Assembly: GCF_006345805.1 (NCBI RefSeq)
Contig: NC_043002.1
Coordinates: forward strand, 41,974,001-42,038,000
DNA from: Octopus sinensis
Taxonomy: Eukaryota
Reading direction: 5' to 3'
Length of the DNA: 64,000 nt
Notes under the pieces: generated by a model
What the model was told of the DNA's origin: nothing
What the model saw: the letters and a program-made list of their open reading frames with translations, nothing else
Database searches by the model: none
Program-made: the position numbers and the translations under genes
In this document: piece after piece, positions 50,919-63,590 of the stretch
Numbering within the stretch: the first letter of the stretch is position 1
Layout of the letters: each line of letters begins with the position of its first letter

Positions 50919-51141
50919 ATATGTATATATATATGTATATATATATATATAAGTATATATGTATATATGTATCTATATATGTATATATGTATATATATAT
51001 GTATATATATGTATATATACACACATACACACATACACACATATATATATATATACATATGTATACATATATACATAATGTATATATATATATGTATATA
51101 TATGTAAGTATATATATATATTCATACATATATACATATAC

Positions 51142-51208
<67 letters not shown>

Positions 51209-51728
51209 GTATGTATATATATATACATATACATATAGTAAACTAAAATGAATCTAATTCACGATAAGTCTTAGATAATTTCAAAAAAAAGACCCAAAAA
51301 TGAGTGCCGGCAGGAAATTCATATCAAGCTGTCAAATGATATAATTACAGGAATATAAAACAGAAGACATGTAACAGCTGTGTATTTTGTGATTGTACAC
51401 GCACACACCACGCACACGCACGCATACTCAGGTATGCACAAATGATTTATTTAATGAAAAAATGATAACCTAATACAGACACCCCGAGCATAACACGCAT
51501 AACACGCATATATATTATATATATTATATATATATATATATTATATATATATAATATATATATAATATATATATATACATATATATATACATATATATAT
51601 GTATATATAATATAATATATATACGTATATATATATATATATATTATACATATAATGTATGTATGTATATATGTATATATATATCATTATATGTGTGTAT
51701 TATGTATGTAATGTATGTAAGTTATGTA

Positions 51729-51763
<35 letters not shown>

Positions 51764-51967
51764 ATATCTATATGCACAAGCATACATATATTTACTGGTA
51801 TGTGTAAATTAGTACCTATTGTGTATGAATGTGTTCGTGGGGTACATATATATATACACACACACACATATATATATACAGATATACACATATATATATA
51901 ATATATTATATATATATATTATATATATACATGTGTGTGTATGTTAGTGTGTGATACATACATAATA

Positions 51968-52011
<44 letters not shown>

Positions 52012-52257
52012 GTGCGTATGTATGTATATATGTATAAATAATTTAATTTATCAATATTTATATGTTTATCCAATCTATACCCCTGTATATATGTATAGAT
52101 ATAGAGGTGTATATATATATACTATATAATATGTATGTATATGTGTGTATATATATATATATATTGTGTATATATATATATGTATGCATATATGTATATA
52201 TAGAAATATGTGGGTGTGTATGCATGTGTATATATTATATACACACGCACACATACA

Positions 52258-52301
<44 letters not shown>

Positions 52302-52450
52302 TATATATAATATATATATACATATGCATATAGCATATACATTTACATTAATATACTTATATATACGCATATGCACACACACACACACATACACATGTAC
52401 ATATTTGTATTGACGCATACAAGCACGCACACATAAACACACGCATATGT
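50850..52450. repeat. Large (TA)n/(TG)n/(TATC)n microsatellite field
   Basis: Direct reading. Confidence 0.95.
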
Positions 52451-52749
52451 AATTATGAATGATGTGTAGGTTTGGGTGTGTGTGTGTGTGCGCGTGCTTA
52501 TGTGTTTAGAGCCATTATGTGTGTTAAAGTTTAGTTAACATGTTATTGCATGATAAGAAAAAAATAGACGTGAACAGACTTCTCTTTGCTTTATATTTAC
52601 AGCTCAATCGACCAGTTGCCATTGCCGTTCTGATAGTCATATGTTTTCTTTTCTTTCTTTTTTCTTTTTTTTTTTTTTTGCTTCTTTGTAAGTCATTCTA
52701 AAAGGTAGCCTCAATGCAATTGCTTGATGCGGAATACTGACAACGACAA

Positions 52750-53105
52750 TGAAAAGTCCCGTAACCCCTTAGCGGTCGTTGGGACGTGTCAGTCCTGCAT
52801 CGAATCCAGAGCGAAAAAGCCTGGCGTAGCCCCTTCCCCTCCAAGCTAAACTCATGCCTACAGCTGAGTGGACTGGAGCAACGGGAAATGAAGTGTTTTG
52901 CTGAAGAACACTACAGATCAACCGGTCCAGGAATCGAAACCATAATCTTACGGTCGTGAATCTAACACCCTAAACACTAAGCAACGCGCCTCCACTTGTA
53001 ATACTCATTTCTACAGCTGAGCGGACTTGAGCAACATGAAGTGAAGTGTTTTGCTCCAGAACACAACGCATCGCCCGGTCGAGGAATCGAAACCACAATC
53101 TTACT
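52750..53105 (-). mobile_element. Two adjacent SINE-C variants
   Basis: Head GTGGAGGCGCGTTGCTTAGTG at ~52997 with a CORE-like segment and a distinct tail; second partial copy at 52998-53105. Confidence 0.7.
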
Positions 53106-53852
53106 AACTGAATTCCTTCAAATAATAGCTCAATGTTTTGAAAAATAGCAAGGATACGTTGTGTAAGGTGTGTTGGATAAGTACTAAATATACAAAAAGA
53201 CGAAATCTTTTAGTTTATAGAAAACCTTAGTGAATTTACAGATGTGTCATTTGCTTCATAGCCTAACTTTTTGCTTTAAAATATCTCCCGTGACTCCTGT
53301 TAGCAACTCCTTTTTTTAAAAATTTCCACTCTTGATTACATTTAGCACTTTCTTAACTATCCAACTAAAACAGAAAAACGATAGGTTGTCTTAAGTTTAT
53401 TGTTCGTGCAGTAAGCTACGAAATTTTGTACATTATCCTGATTTCCTGTAATTCAGACAACCTCATGGTTGCAGTTGACAAAATGGAAAAGGTATTACTC
53501 TGGAAGACGGCGTGGGAAATGCGATGGAACAGCCACTTTGTGAATAACCATCTTCACTCCATATAAACCTGTCAGAGATCGACCGATTCGTTGACAAATA
53601 TATTGACGGCTTTTATACTCGTAATCACGAGTTTTCTACATCAGACTGACCTGGAACTAAGCAACAGCTTTTTATGCAACATGGAACAATATTTCGGAAT
53701 ATATAATCCGAAGCTTCTTTTGGTGTCATAGAAACTTTAGATTTGAAGTTCTTTTAAAAATTATTTCATAAAATGCGAATAAGTCTTTCTTTTTTCTTAA
53801 TGCTTTTTTTTTTATAGTTATATAGCTTTGTCGGTAGAGCATCAGACCCTTT

Positions 53853-54170
53853 GGGCGTTGGCATGGCTTTATGGTTAAGAAGCTCACTTTGTAGCGACGT
53901 GACTTCGGGTTCAGTTCCACTTCGTGGCACTTTGGGCAAGTGTCTCCTACTATAGCCCTGGATCGACCAATCTTTGTGAATGTATTTGGTAGTGGGCGGA
54001 AATTGTATTGAAGCCCGTGTATATGTTTGTGAGTATGTGTAGCTGTGTCTGTGTTTGTTTCCCCCTCTCCCACCACTTGACAAACGGAGTTGATTTATTT
54101 TCTTTCTCGTACCTTAATGGTTTGGCAATAAAAAATGGCTGCAGTCCAATGACTAAAACAAGTAAAAGTT
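53853..54170 (+). mobile_element. Old SINE-A
   Basis: Diverged head, body and tail (GGCTGCAGTCCAATGACTAAAACAAG). Confidence 0.7.
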
Positions 54171-54370
54171 TAAAAAATTACAATATTTAGCTTGAGATAA
54201 ACTATTGTTTTTCAAAAGAGTCCAAGTATTCCTGCTTTGCATAGAAAGATAATTTCAATATTAAGCTATCTAACGGTTATACGAATATTAGTAATATGAA
54301 CATCAGAAAATAAATCAGTCTCTTTTAGGTACTACATTTTATTGAAAGCAAATATTGTACTGCACACACA

Positions 54371-54439
<69 letters not shown>

Positions 54440-54887
54440 ACACACACACACAACACGCTCGCTCGCGCGCAAAGAAATGAAAATCTTAACAGCTTAAGTT
54501 TTGATAGCTTAATTAAATTTTGATTGATTAATTAAGTTTTAATTGCTTGATTAAAAAGAGAAATGTTTTACTTCAATAATTAATTGCTTTGCCGAATTAT
54601 GAAAAGTTGCAGTACATACGGAGAGCTAAATATAATTTAATATCCAATATAATATAATATTCTACTATTTACAACAAAAGAAAGAACGTTACTATATAAG
54701 TAAATATGGTTTTTAAAACTAACATACAAGAAAGCAAGGCATTGAAACAGCTTCAGCACATTTCTGATACATTTCCCCCATTATTCACAGCCAAAATGTT
54801 TGTGGAGATGAATAATAGTCTTTTTAATAAATTTATATGTAAAATTTAGTAGCCTTAATTGTACGCACACAAACACGCACACACACA

Positions 54888-54919
<32 letters not shown>

Positions 54920-55087
54920 ACACACACACACACACACACACATACACACACACTTGTATGTATGTATCCATACATACACATATAACGTATACATACATAC
55001 ATGCATATGCAGGTAGCACATGTATGTGTGTGTGTGTGTGTGCGTGTGTGTGTGTGCATATATGGTAGGCTTGCCATCTAAACAACA

Positions 55088-55428
55088 TCGTAAATTCGGT
55101 ATCCTATTTCTTTACTACCCACAAGGGGCCGAACACAGAGAGGACAAACAAGGACAGACAAACGGATAAAGTTGATTATATCGACCCCTGCGTAACAACA
55201 ACAACAACAACAACAATCCTTTCTACTGTAGGCACAAGTCCTGAAATTTGGGGAAAGGAATTAGGTCGATTATATCAACCCCAGTGAGTAACTGGTACTT
55301 ATTTAATTGATTTCGAAAGGATGAAAGGTAAAGTCAACCTCGGCGGAATTTTATCTCAGAAGGTTAAGACCGGAAGAAATGCCGCTAAGCGTTTTGTCAG
55401 GCATGCTCACGATTCTGCCGGCAGGAGC

Positions 55429-55430
<2 letters not shown>
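55088..55430 (-). mobile_element. SINE-B short-tail copy with a (GTT)n tail, joined to the tail of a long-tail SINE-B
   Basis: Minus-strand order: head, core, short tail, (GTT)n, then the remainder of a long-tail unit. Confidence 0.8.
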
Positions 55431-55462
<32 letters not shown>

Positions 55463-55464
<2 letters not shown>

Positions 55465-57015
55465 GCCTCCAGTGTTTTAGTCGGGCATATCGATTCGAAG
55501 TGCTTGTTTTAGTTTGGTAATTATTTTGCCAAGCTATATTTATTGTATGATAAATGTATATACAGAGTTGGGACCTACATACACTGGAAGCTATGCCAAC
55601 ATTATGGAATAACAACAGAAAAAAGATGTTATAGGTACACACCAGAAAAGGTCACAGAAAACGAGAAAGCAACCATACTCTGGGATATGCCAATACACAC
55701 TGATAAAGAAATTAAGGCCAACAGACCAGATATAGTTGTCAGAGATCATGAAGAAAAAAAAAATGCTTTCTAATTGATGTATCAATACCGGCAGATGACA
55801 ACGTTGTCTCTAAAAGAAATGGAGAAACTTTCAAAATACAAAGACCTGGAAACAGAGGTAACTAGAATGTTGCTGTTGATTATGTGCTACGTATGTCAGT
55901 TGATACCATCTCTGGTAAGGGCTTTAAAATAAAACCAAGAAGTTCCAGACACCCAGCTGAGTACTTGAGAGACACTGACTTTGCTGACGACATCGCTCTT
56001 ATCAGTGATTCTCTCTCCAATGCCCAGTCTCTTTTACAATCTCTTGAACAAGCCTCAAATTGTGTAGGTCTTTACCTCAATGAGCCAAGACTGAATACAT
56101 AAACAAGTGCCAGTCCAACAGTGATTGCATCATAAATACTCTCAACAATGCGCCCTTAAATATGGTTTCTGATTACAAATATCTTGGGTCATACATATCA
56201 TCATCTGGAAAAGACTTTCTAACTAGAAAGGGTATGGCCTGGTCAGCCTGTAATGATCTGGTCATCAAATCTAAGTAGAGACTTCAAACTTGAAATCTTC
56301 AAAGCCACAGTCGAACCAATTCTACTATATGGCTCAGAAACCTGGACGTTATCAAAGAAGCTTGAGAGGCGGTTGGATGGAACCTACACTCGCCTCCTTA
56401 TGAGAGCTCAAAATCTCTCGTGGAAGCGCCATCCAACCAAAATGCAAATATATGGGAAACTACCACCTGTGTCATCTCTTGTGAAAGGTAAGAGAGTCCA
56501 GTTTGCTGGACATTGTTGTAGAGCTGAAAAAGAGGTAATTTCTACTCTTCTCCTCTGGAAGCCATCTACTCGCAATACCAGAGGGCGCACACTCTCCTAC
56601 CCTGATATAATCTCCAGGGATACAGGCATCCAGCAACAGGACCTCCGTAATGTCATGATGGACCGTGAAGTCTGGCATAGCATGGTAAATTCCATTGTCT
56701 CGACCACGGTCGAACAATGATGATGATGAGAATGGGGAATCTAAAAACAGAAATAATTCCTATCATAGTAGGTGCATTAGGCATGATAAAAAAATATTCA
56801 GACAAATACATAATAAAAACACCAGGACTTACAAACTCATATAACATAGAGAAAATTTCACTACTAGGCACCGCACACATCCTACGTAGAACACTTTCAA
56901 TACAGTAACCATCAGAGCATTACAACAATCACAGCACATACCCAAGGCACACAGAGCTGCGCTCGGTAGTGAAGTGAAAGCACGATATAAAATAACCCAC
57001 TGAATGATATGAAAT
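55463..57015 (+). mobile_element. RLE-type (R4/Dong-like) LINE 3' portion, split by an RTE insertion
   Basis: VGTYIHWKLCQHYG..PEKVTENEKATILWDMPIHTDKEIKANRPDIVV..LIDVSIP..KYKDLE.EVTRM|..NLKTEIIPIIVGALGMI..LGTAHILRRTLSIQ* (PD-(D/E)xK endonuclease). (TAA)n lies on both flanks. Confidence 0.88.
55870..56728 (+). mobile_element. 5'-truncated RTE/RTEX-group LINE with a (TGA)n tail and an AGAATG target-site duplication
   Basis: DTDFADDIAL, YKYLGS, PILLYGSETWTL, QFAGHC. TSD AGAATG at 55864-55869 and 56729-56734. Confidence 0.9.
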
Positions 57016-57055
57016 AATAATATAATAATAATAATAATAATAATATAATAATATG

Positions 57056-57090
<35 letters not shown>

Positions 57091-57599
57091 ACTAATCATA
57101 ATAATATAATAATAATAATAATAATAATATATCCGGTTCCGTTGTCAGCAGAGAAAGACGTGATTGCCTTTGCTCTGTGAAAAAGTTTGCATAGAACGGC
57201 GAAATAACCCACTGTAGTTGCAAAACGTAAAACTCTAAGTCACAGAGATCACTACAACACTTTGGTTAAAAATATTTTTAAAAATATATATATAAATATA
57301 TACATATACACAGTAATTTTCATTTTCGCCGAAACGCACATGGTGCAAAAATAACTGAATCAAGTTATCTCCTGCAAGAAAGAAAAAAGAAGCATCTCTC
57401 CTGAAAAAAATCCCGTAAACCAAAAAAAAAATAATCCAGACCACATTGTTGGATTAAGTATCAATTTCATCTATTTCATATTTTAATTAATATTTTATTT
57501 ATTATTCTATTTTATCTTTCACTTAGGCCCACATCTTAGTTAAAGTTGCGATCGTCATTTTGTTTTGTTTACATTATCAATAACTGTTCTCGATATAAT

Positions 57600-58606
57600 A
57601 ATTTTCCAGATACTCTATCTTCTAATTAGCCTTAAGATTAAATTAAATAACGTTTAATATTGATACCGTCAAATTAGCCTTAGGATTAAATTAAATAACG
57701 TTTAATATTGTTTAATATTGTTAATAATTATTGTTAATTAGCCTTAAGATTAAATTAAATAACGTTTAATATTGTCTTAATATTGTTAATAATTTTTCAG
57801 ATACTCTATCTTCTAATTAGCCTTAAGATTAAATTAAATAACGTTTAATATTAAAAACGTCTAATTAGCCTTAGGATTAAATTAAATAACGTTTAATATT
57901 GTTTAATATTGTTAATAATTATTGTTAATTAGCCTTAGATTAATTAATATTTAATAACGTTTAATATTGTTTTAATATTGTTAATAATTCTTCAGATATA
58001 CTTATCTTCTAATTAGCCTTAAGATTAAATTAAATAACGTTTAATATTACCCACACTCTAATATAATATAACATTGCTAATATATTTCAGATACTCTATC
58101 TCCTGATTAGCCTTAAGATTAAATAACGTTTTTATCCACACTCTAATATAATATTAATATTGCCAATATATTTTCAGATACTCTATCTTCTAATTAGCCT
58201 TAAGATTAAATTAAATAACGTTTAATATTAATAATGTCTATTAGCCTTAAGATTAAATTAAATAACGGTTAATATTGCTTAATATTGTATATATAATTTT
58301 TCAGATACTCTGTCTTCTAATTAGCCTTAAGATTAATTAAATAACGTTTAATATTACCCACACTCTAATATAATATTAATATTGCTATATATTTTCAGAT
58401 ACTCTATCTCCTAATTAGCCTTAAGATTAAACAACGTTTTTATCCACACTCTAATATAATATTAATATTGCTAATACATTTTCAGACACTCTATCCCCTA
58501 ATTAGCCTTAAGATTAAATACGTTTTTACCCAATAACGTTTTTACACAAACTTTAATATTGTTAATATTTCTTTTTCAAGTACTCTATCTTCTAATTAGC
58601 CTTAAA
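57600..58606 (+). repeat. AT-rich monomer array, 14 copies of the ATTAGCCTTA core, unit length ~47-95 bp
   Basis: Most units read TAATTAGCCTTAAGATTAAATTAAATAACGTTTAATATT plus a few recurring extension types; it ends ~60 bp before the ORF1 ATG at 58665. Confidence 0.95.
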
Positions 58607-58664
58607 TCTTCTGTCTTCTCTCGAACATAATTAGATAGATAAACGGATAGACGGATTATCCAGC

Positions 58665-59540
58665 ATGTCCAGAGCATGGAGACGTGACGAGCTGGATTTA
58701 TTTGTACGAGCATGGGAGTGCGCCGGCGGAGATAGCCCTAGGGAGGTGATTGCGGCTGCGCTGAAGCAGAGGCTACAAGAGGACAGCGGCTCAGATGGAG
58801 CGAAAGAGACAGGAATTCGTGCGCTCATATGCGCTTGTACGGTCGCACATTGGCGCACTTGATGCCATCTTTGAGACGAGCGGAGCAAAGATGGCAAGAA
58901 TGGAGACGATGAAAGAAGTCACCCCCACCTGGTGGACGCCCGGGAGGAGGTTTGTGAATGAGAAACCTGCCCGGGAAGTGAACCCAGTTGCAAGTTCTCC
59001 AACCGGCAGCAAGGGCCATGGAGACGGAGAACCCGGTGAAGAGGTTAGAGGGAGGAAGAAGAACTAAAAGAAGGACTGGAAGAGCTAAAGGAAAAGAAAA
59101 AGCTCAAGCAGGACCAAAGACTGAAACAACCAGAAATAGAAGTGGAACCGCAAAGGATGGAACCAAACAGCGCACACGGTTGTTGTTCTACCTGAGAGGT
59201 TCCTGCGGCATGGAAAGGAAGGTGCAGGCTGCCGCTATGCACATCGGGGACCCTGCCACAGAGACACGAGGCAGATGGACAAACCATCAACACAAAGAAA
59301 AGGGATGGACCACGCACCACCTGCCCCAAAGCGGAGGTACGCAGATGTTGTGCGCGCCACAAACAGCCAACATGATGTCGAAAGAGCAGCTGCTGAGCAA
59401 CAATCTTTTTGTGCATGGCACAAAAGATTGTACAGCAGCTGACCTGGCTTCATCAAACCCAAGCCCGCAGGTGGGACTACCCACTATATACCAGACCACC
59501 ACAGCAAACAGACACAGGATGGAACACCGCCGGCAACAAC
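58665..59540 (+). pseudogene. LINE ORF1 remnant with a putative CCCH zinc finger
   Basis: ATG at 58665; frameshifted. Restoring 1 nt gives FYLRGSC-RHGKEGAGC-RYAH at ~59185-59245, followed by KRRYADVV. Confidence 0.6.
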
Positions 59541-59544
59541 GTAC

Positions 59545-62499
59545 ACCTCACCTCGATACTCCTACTGAACATCAGAGACTGCAAACACTCAGTAACAGGA
59601 CAAAGATCCCGTTCCTGAGAGACTTTGTTGCATGCAATCAAGCCTTATGCATAGCACTTACAGAAACGCACCTGAAACCGGACATAGCAGATGCGGAGTT
59701 ACACATACCACAGTATGCTGTACTACGGACCGACAGGAAGAAAGGAGTCATGGAGGTGTTGCTATGTACATCCGTGAGGACCTCACACCCCAGGTCCTCT
59801 TGTCATACTCAAACTCGGTGTGTGACCACTAATTGTACATATCAGGCAACTTGATGTAGTGGTGTGCTACATATCGCCCTCCAGATGCCCCAAGCCATGT
59901 GGGCAAGTTTGAAGACTGCCTTATAAAAATAGAAGAAATTCTAACCACATTAGAACAACACATAGGTGTGCTTCTTATGGGAGACTTCATCTGCCCAATG
60001 TCAGATGGCCCGAGGGCCTTTCTCTCCCAGGAATGACAAGATGTGAACGAGGACAGGCGAGGTCCCTCCTGAACCTCATCAACACCCTGTACATGGAGCA
60101 GGTAATACTCCAACAACCAACCAACCAGGGCAGGAAACACACTGGATCTCTGCTTCACAATGACATGGATCTCATCCATAATGTGAAAGTGACACCGACA
60201 CTACTCTCGGATCACAACATGATAGAGCTGACCATGTACGGGCCAAAAGAGAGCACGGACACTGCAAAGAAAACCCTCAAAACTTTTCAGCTTGAACTAC
60301 CATAAGGCAACTGGAAACAAATTGAGAAAGAGATCCTCAAACAAAACTGGCCTAAATGTCTCTCCTCGCCAGACATCGACGTGAAACTTCAACAATTCAT
60401 GTCTGTAATGCAAGCCATATGCTACAAATGTGTCCCAGAGAGAACCACTGTACACAAGAACAAAATCCCCAGAGAGAGGAAATTTTAATGAGACGGCGTA
60501 CGAAATTTTCAAATCGCCTAAACAAACAGATTGAAAGCAGTGAAAAGTCCCGCCTAAAAATAAAACTGTTGGAAATCGAAAATGTCTGCAACTCTCCCAT
60601 GAAAAAGAAAGAGCAGACAGAGAAGCCTGGGCTATAGAAAACATAAAATCTAACCCCAGAGCTTTCTACAGGTATGCCAAAGAAACAGCTACAGTGCACT
60701 GTAGAATAGGGCCACTCCTCGAAAGGATGGCACACTTACAGGAAAACCAATGAGGGTAAGTGAAATACTGAATGAGCAATTCAAGAGTGTTTTCACTCCA
60801 CCCCTTGGGCATCTCCAAATCACCAATCCAACTAACTTTTTTAACACTGCAGATATAAATCAGAGGCGGCGACGATAGATTACATCGATATAAAGGAAGA
60901 AGAGGTAACCAAGGCTATAGATGAATGAAAACAGACTCAGCTACTGGCCCCGATGGATTCCCGGCAATCCTCCTAAAAGCATGTAAGAGAGTCCTAGCAA
61001 GACCACTGCAGTTCCTCTTTCAGAGCTCCTTGCAGCTGGCAAACTTCAGGAAAACTGAAGGAAGGTAAAATATCTCATTCATAAAGGAGGTAGCAGAGCG
61101 GAAGCCAAGAACTATAGACCTATCTCTCTGACCTCACACATCAGCAAGGTCATGGAACGAATAGTCAGAAGGAAGCTGATCACCTTCCTTGAAGAGAATG
61201 ACTTGCTGCCCGACACCCAACATGGTTTCCGACCAGGGAGAAGCTGTTTAACTCAGCTCCTACAACACTATGACTTGGTGCTGAAACGGCTGCTCAACCA
61301 CTCAAATGTGGAAGTGATATATCTCGACTTTGCAAAGGCCTTTGATAAAGTCGATCATGGAATGATATGTCACAAACTGCGTGATCTCAACATAGTTGGA
61401 AAACTGGGAGAATGGCTTCATGACTTTCTGAAGGATAGAAGTCAGGTGGTAGTAGCCAATGGGGCCACCCTCCATTAACACACAAATAGTGAGCGGTGTT
61501 CCGCAGGGCACTGTTCTGGGACCACTACTCTTCATAATGGTCCTCGCAACATGCCCTCGGCCACGCAGAGAGCCACGATCACAAGTTATGCAGATGATAC
61601 AAAAGTTTCACAGGCAATATAGAACCCTGAGGACACTAAAAACACTGCAATGTGAGCTAGACGAAATATTACAAGTGGGCTGAAAAGAATAGCATGCAGT
61701 TCAATGCTGGAAAGTTTCAAGCTTTATACTATCAGCATGCAAAACTGAATGCAATACCCAATGAATACACACTGGACCCGAGGGATTGCAATCCCAGAGG
61801 CACAATCAGTGCGTGACCTGGGTATTCACATGAGTGATGACGCGACCTTTCATGTACATGTTGCTAAACTGACACTGAAATGTAGACGGCTGGCTGGATG
61901 GATTCTTAGAACCTTTAGAACAAGAGAACAAGAAACCATGATGGTCCTCTGGAAGACACTGTCCTAAGCCACTTTGACTATTGCTTCTCAGCTATGGTCA
62001 CCATCCAGTGTCAAGTTGATCACAGAACTTGAGGCGACCCAACGAAGCTACACAAAGAAGATAGCCTCTATGCAGAATGTAAGCTACTGGGAAAGACCAA
62101 GAGATTAAAATTATATTCCCTGGAGCGTAGGCGGGAAAGATATGCCATAATATACATCTGGAAGATCCTGGAGGGAAGTGTCCTGAACTTTGGCATCGAG
62201 AGTTACGCAAATGCCAGAACTGGGCGCCACTGCGTGGTGCCTAGGACTCCAAACCTGCCATCAAGATGTAGGACAAGATTCTGTGATAGCCTGGGCTTCC
62301 GAGGCCCACAGCTCTTCAATATCCTCCCGAAGAACCTGAGAAGACCTGCATGGGGTGGATACAGATGTCTTAAAATGAAGCTGGATCTCTTCCTGTCAGG
62401 TGTCCCAGATGAACCAACTTCACGGCAGGAGGGCAGATGAGGGCAGCTGCATCGAACTCTCTCATGCACCAAATAGCAGTTGCTAGAAAGCCTCCATGA
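59545..62499 (+). pseudogene. LINE ORF2 remnant: apurinic-like endonuclease plus reverse transcriptase
   Basis: IALTETHL, GGVAMYIR, MGDF, LSDHNMI (APE); NYRPISLTSH.SKVMER, QHGFRPGRSC, YLDFAKAFDKVDH, GVPQGTVLGPLLF, YADDTK, DLGI (RT). Many frameshifts. Confidence 0.92.
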
Positions 62500-63112
62500 A
62501 GTGAAACCAAGTAGCAACACCAAATGGCGGTGCCCCAGCATGGCCACAGCTCATAAGCTGAAACTAAAATCAATCAATCAATCAATCAATCAATATTAAT
62601 AATAATAACAATATGTCCCGATCTTACGAATTTTAAAAGGAGTACATCCGGGTCATTCAAATTTTACTGTATGTCGTCTAGATTTTTCATGTTTTAAAAT
62701 AATATGTGGAAACATGTCATGTATCATGTGTCTCATGTCAAGATATTCCACGTTTTAATATATTTAATCCAGATTAGTCACGTTTTAATGCAGTATATAC
62801 CTAGGCTTTTTTTTTCTTTTAAGGTTTCAGTGTATTATACTTAAAATCTAATTTAAACTGAACGCATCAGCATGACTCCAGAATTCAAGTCAACAGAAAC
62901 ACAACACATACACAAACACACACACACGCGCACACACACACACATGCACACACACACACACACATACACACACACACATACATAAACACATGCACGCAAA
63001 CAAACAGCAGTAACAACAACAAAAATAAGTAAAGAAATCAAAGCAAAAACAAAACCAGTATCTTATTGCAAGCAGCGGTTAAAAGCGAAATGATATTTAA
63101 TATCGGCGAGAT

Positions 63113-63133
63113 ATGAATGATATAAAGTTAATG

Positions 63134-63183
<50 letters not shown>

Positions 63184-63255
63184 ACGTATGTATGTATATA
63201 TATATAATACATATATCTATATATATATATATATATATATACATCTATATATAAC

Positions 63256-63290
<35 letters not shown>

Positions 63291-63457
63291 ATATATATAT
63301 ATATAGATATATATATATATATATACTACAGACATATATATATGTACATATATGTGTCTCATACGTGCAGCATTATATATCGATATATATATATATACAG
63401 ATACGCAAACACACACGTATATATATATGTGATATATATATATGTATATATTATATA

Positions 63458-63494
<37 letters not shown>

Positions 63495-63590
63495 TATATA
63501 TATATATATATATAGATATATATATATATATATATATATATCTATATATATATATATATATATATACATATATACATATACATATCCATA
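63113..63590. repeat. (TA)n-based microsatellite field
   Basis: Direct reading. Confidence 0.95.

Larger units (their letters stand above)
57132..62594 (+). mobile_element. Near-full-length CR1/L2-group LINE (5' boundary uncertain, 57132-57600)
   Basis: Putative 5'UTR with a monomer array, ORF1 remnant, APE+RT ORF2 remnant, short 3'UTR and (AATC)n tail. TAA-like tracts lie on both sides. Confidence 0.85.

Noticed and set aside
51425-51488. Short segment bounded by TACTCAGG / CCCGAGCA, echoing ends near 49207 and 50715
   Set aside because: The matches are too short to define TIRs of the adjacent Tc1 element.
57600-58606. Conserved repeat with variable intervening sequence resembles a CRISPR array
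   Set aside because: The spacers are AT-rich, recur as a few related types and vary widely in length. There are no cas genes and the context is eukaryotic.
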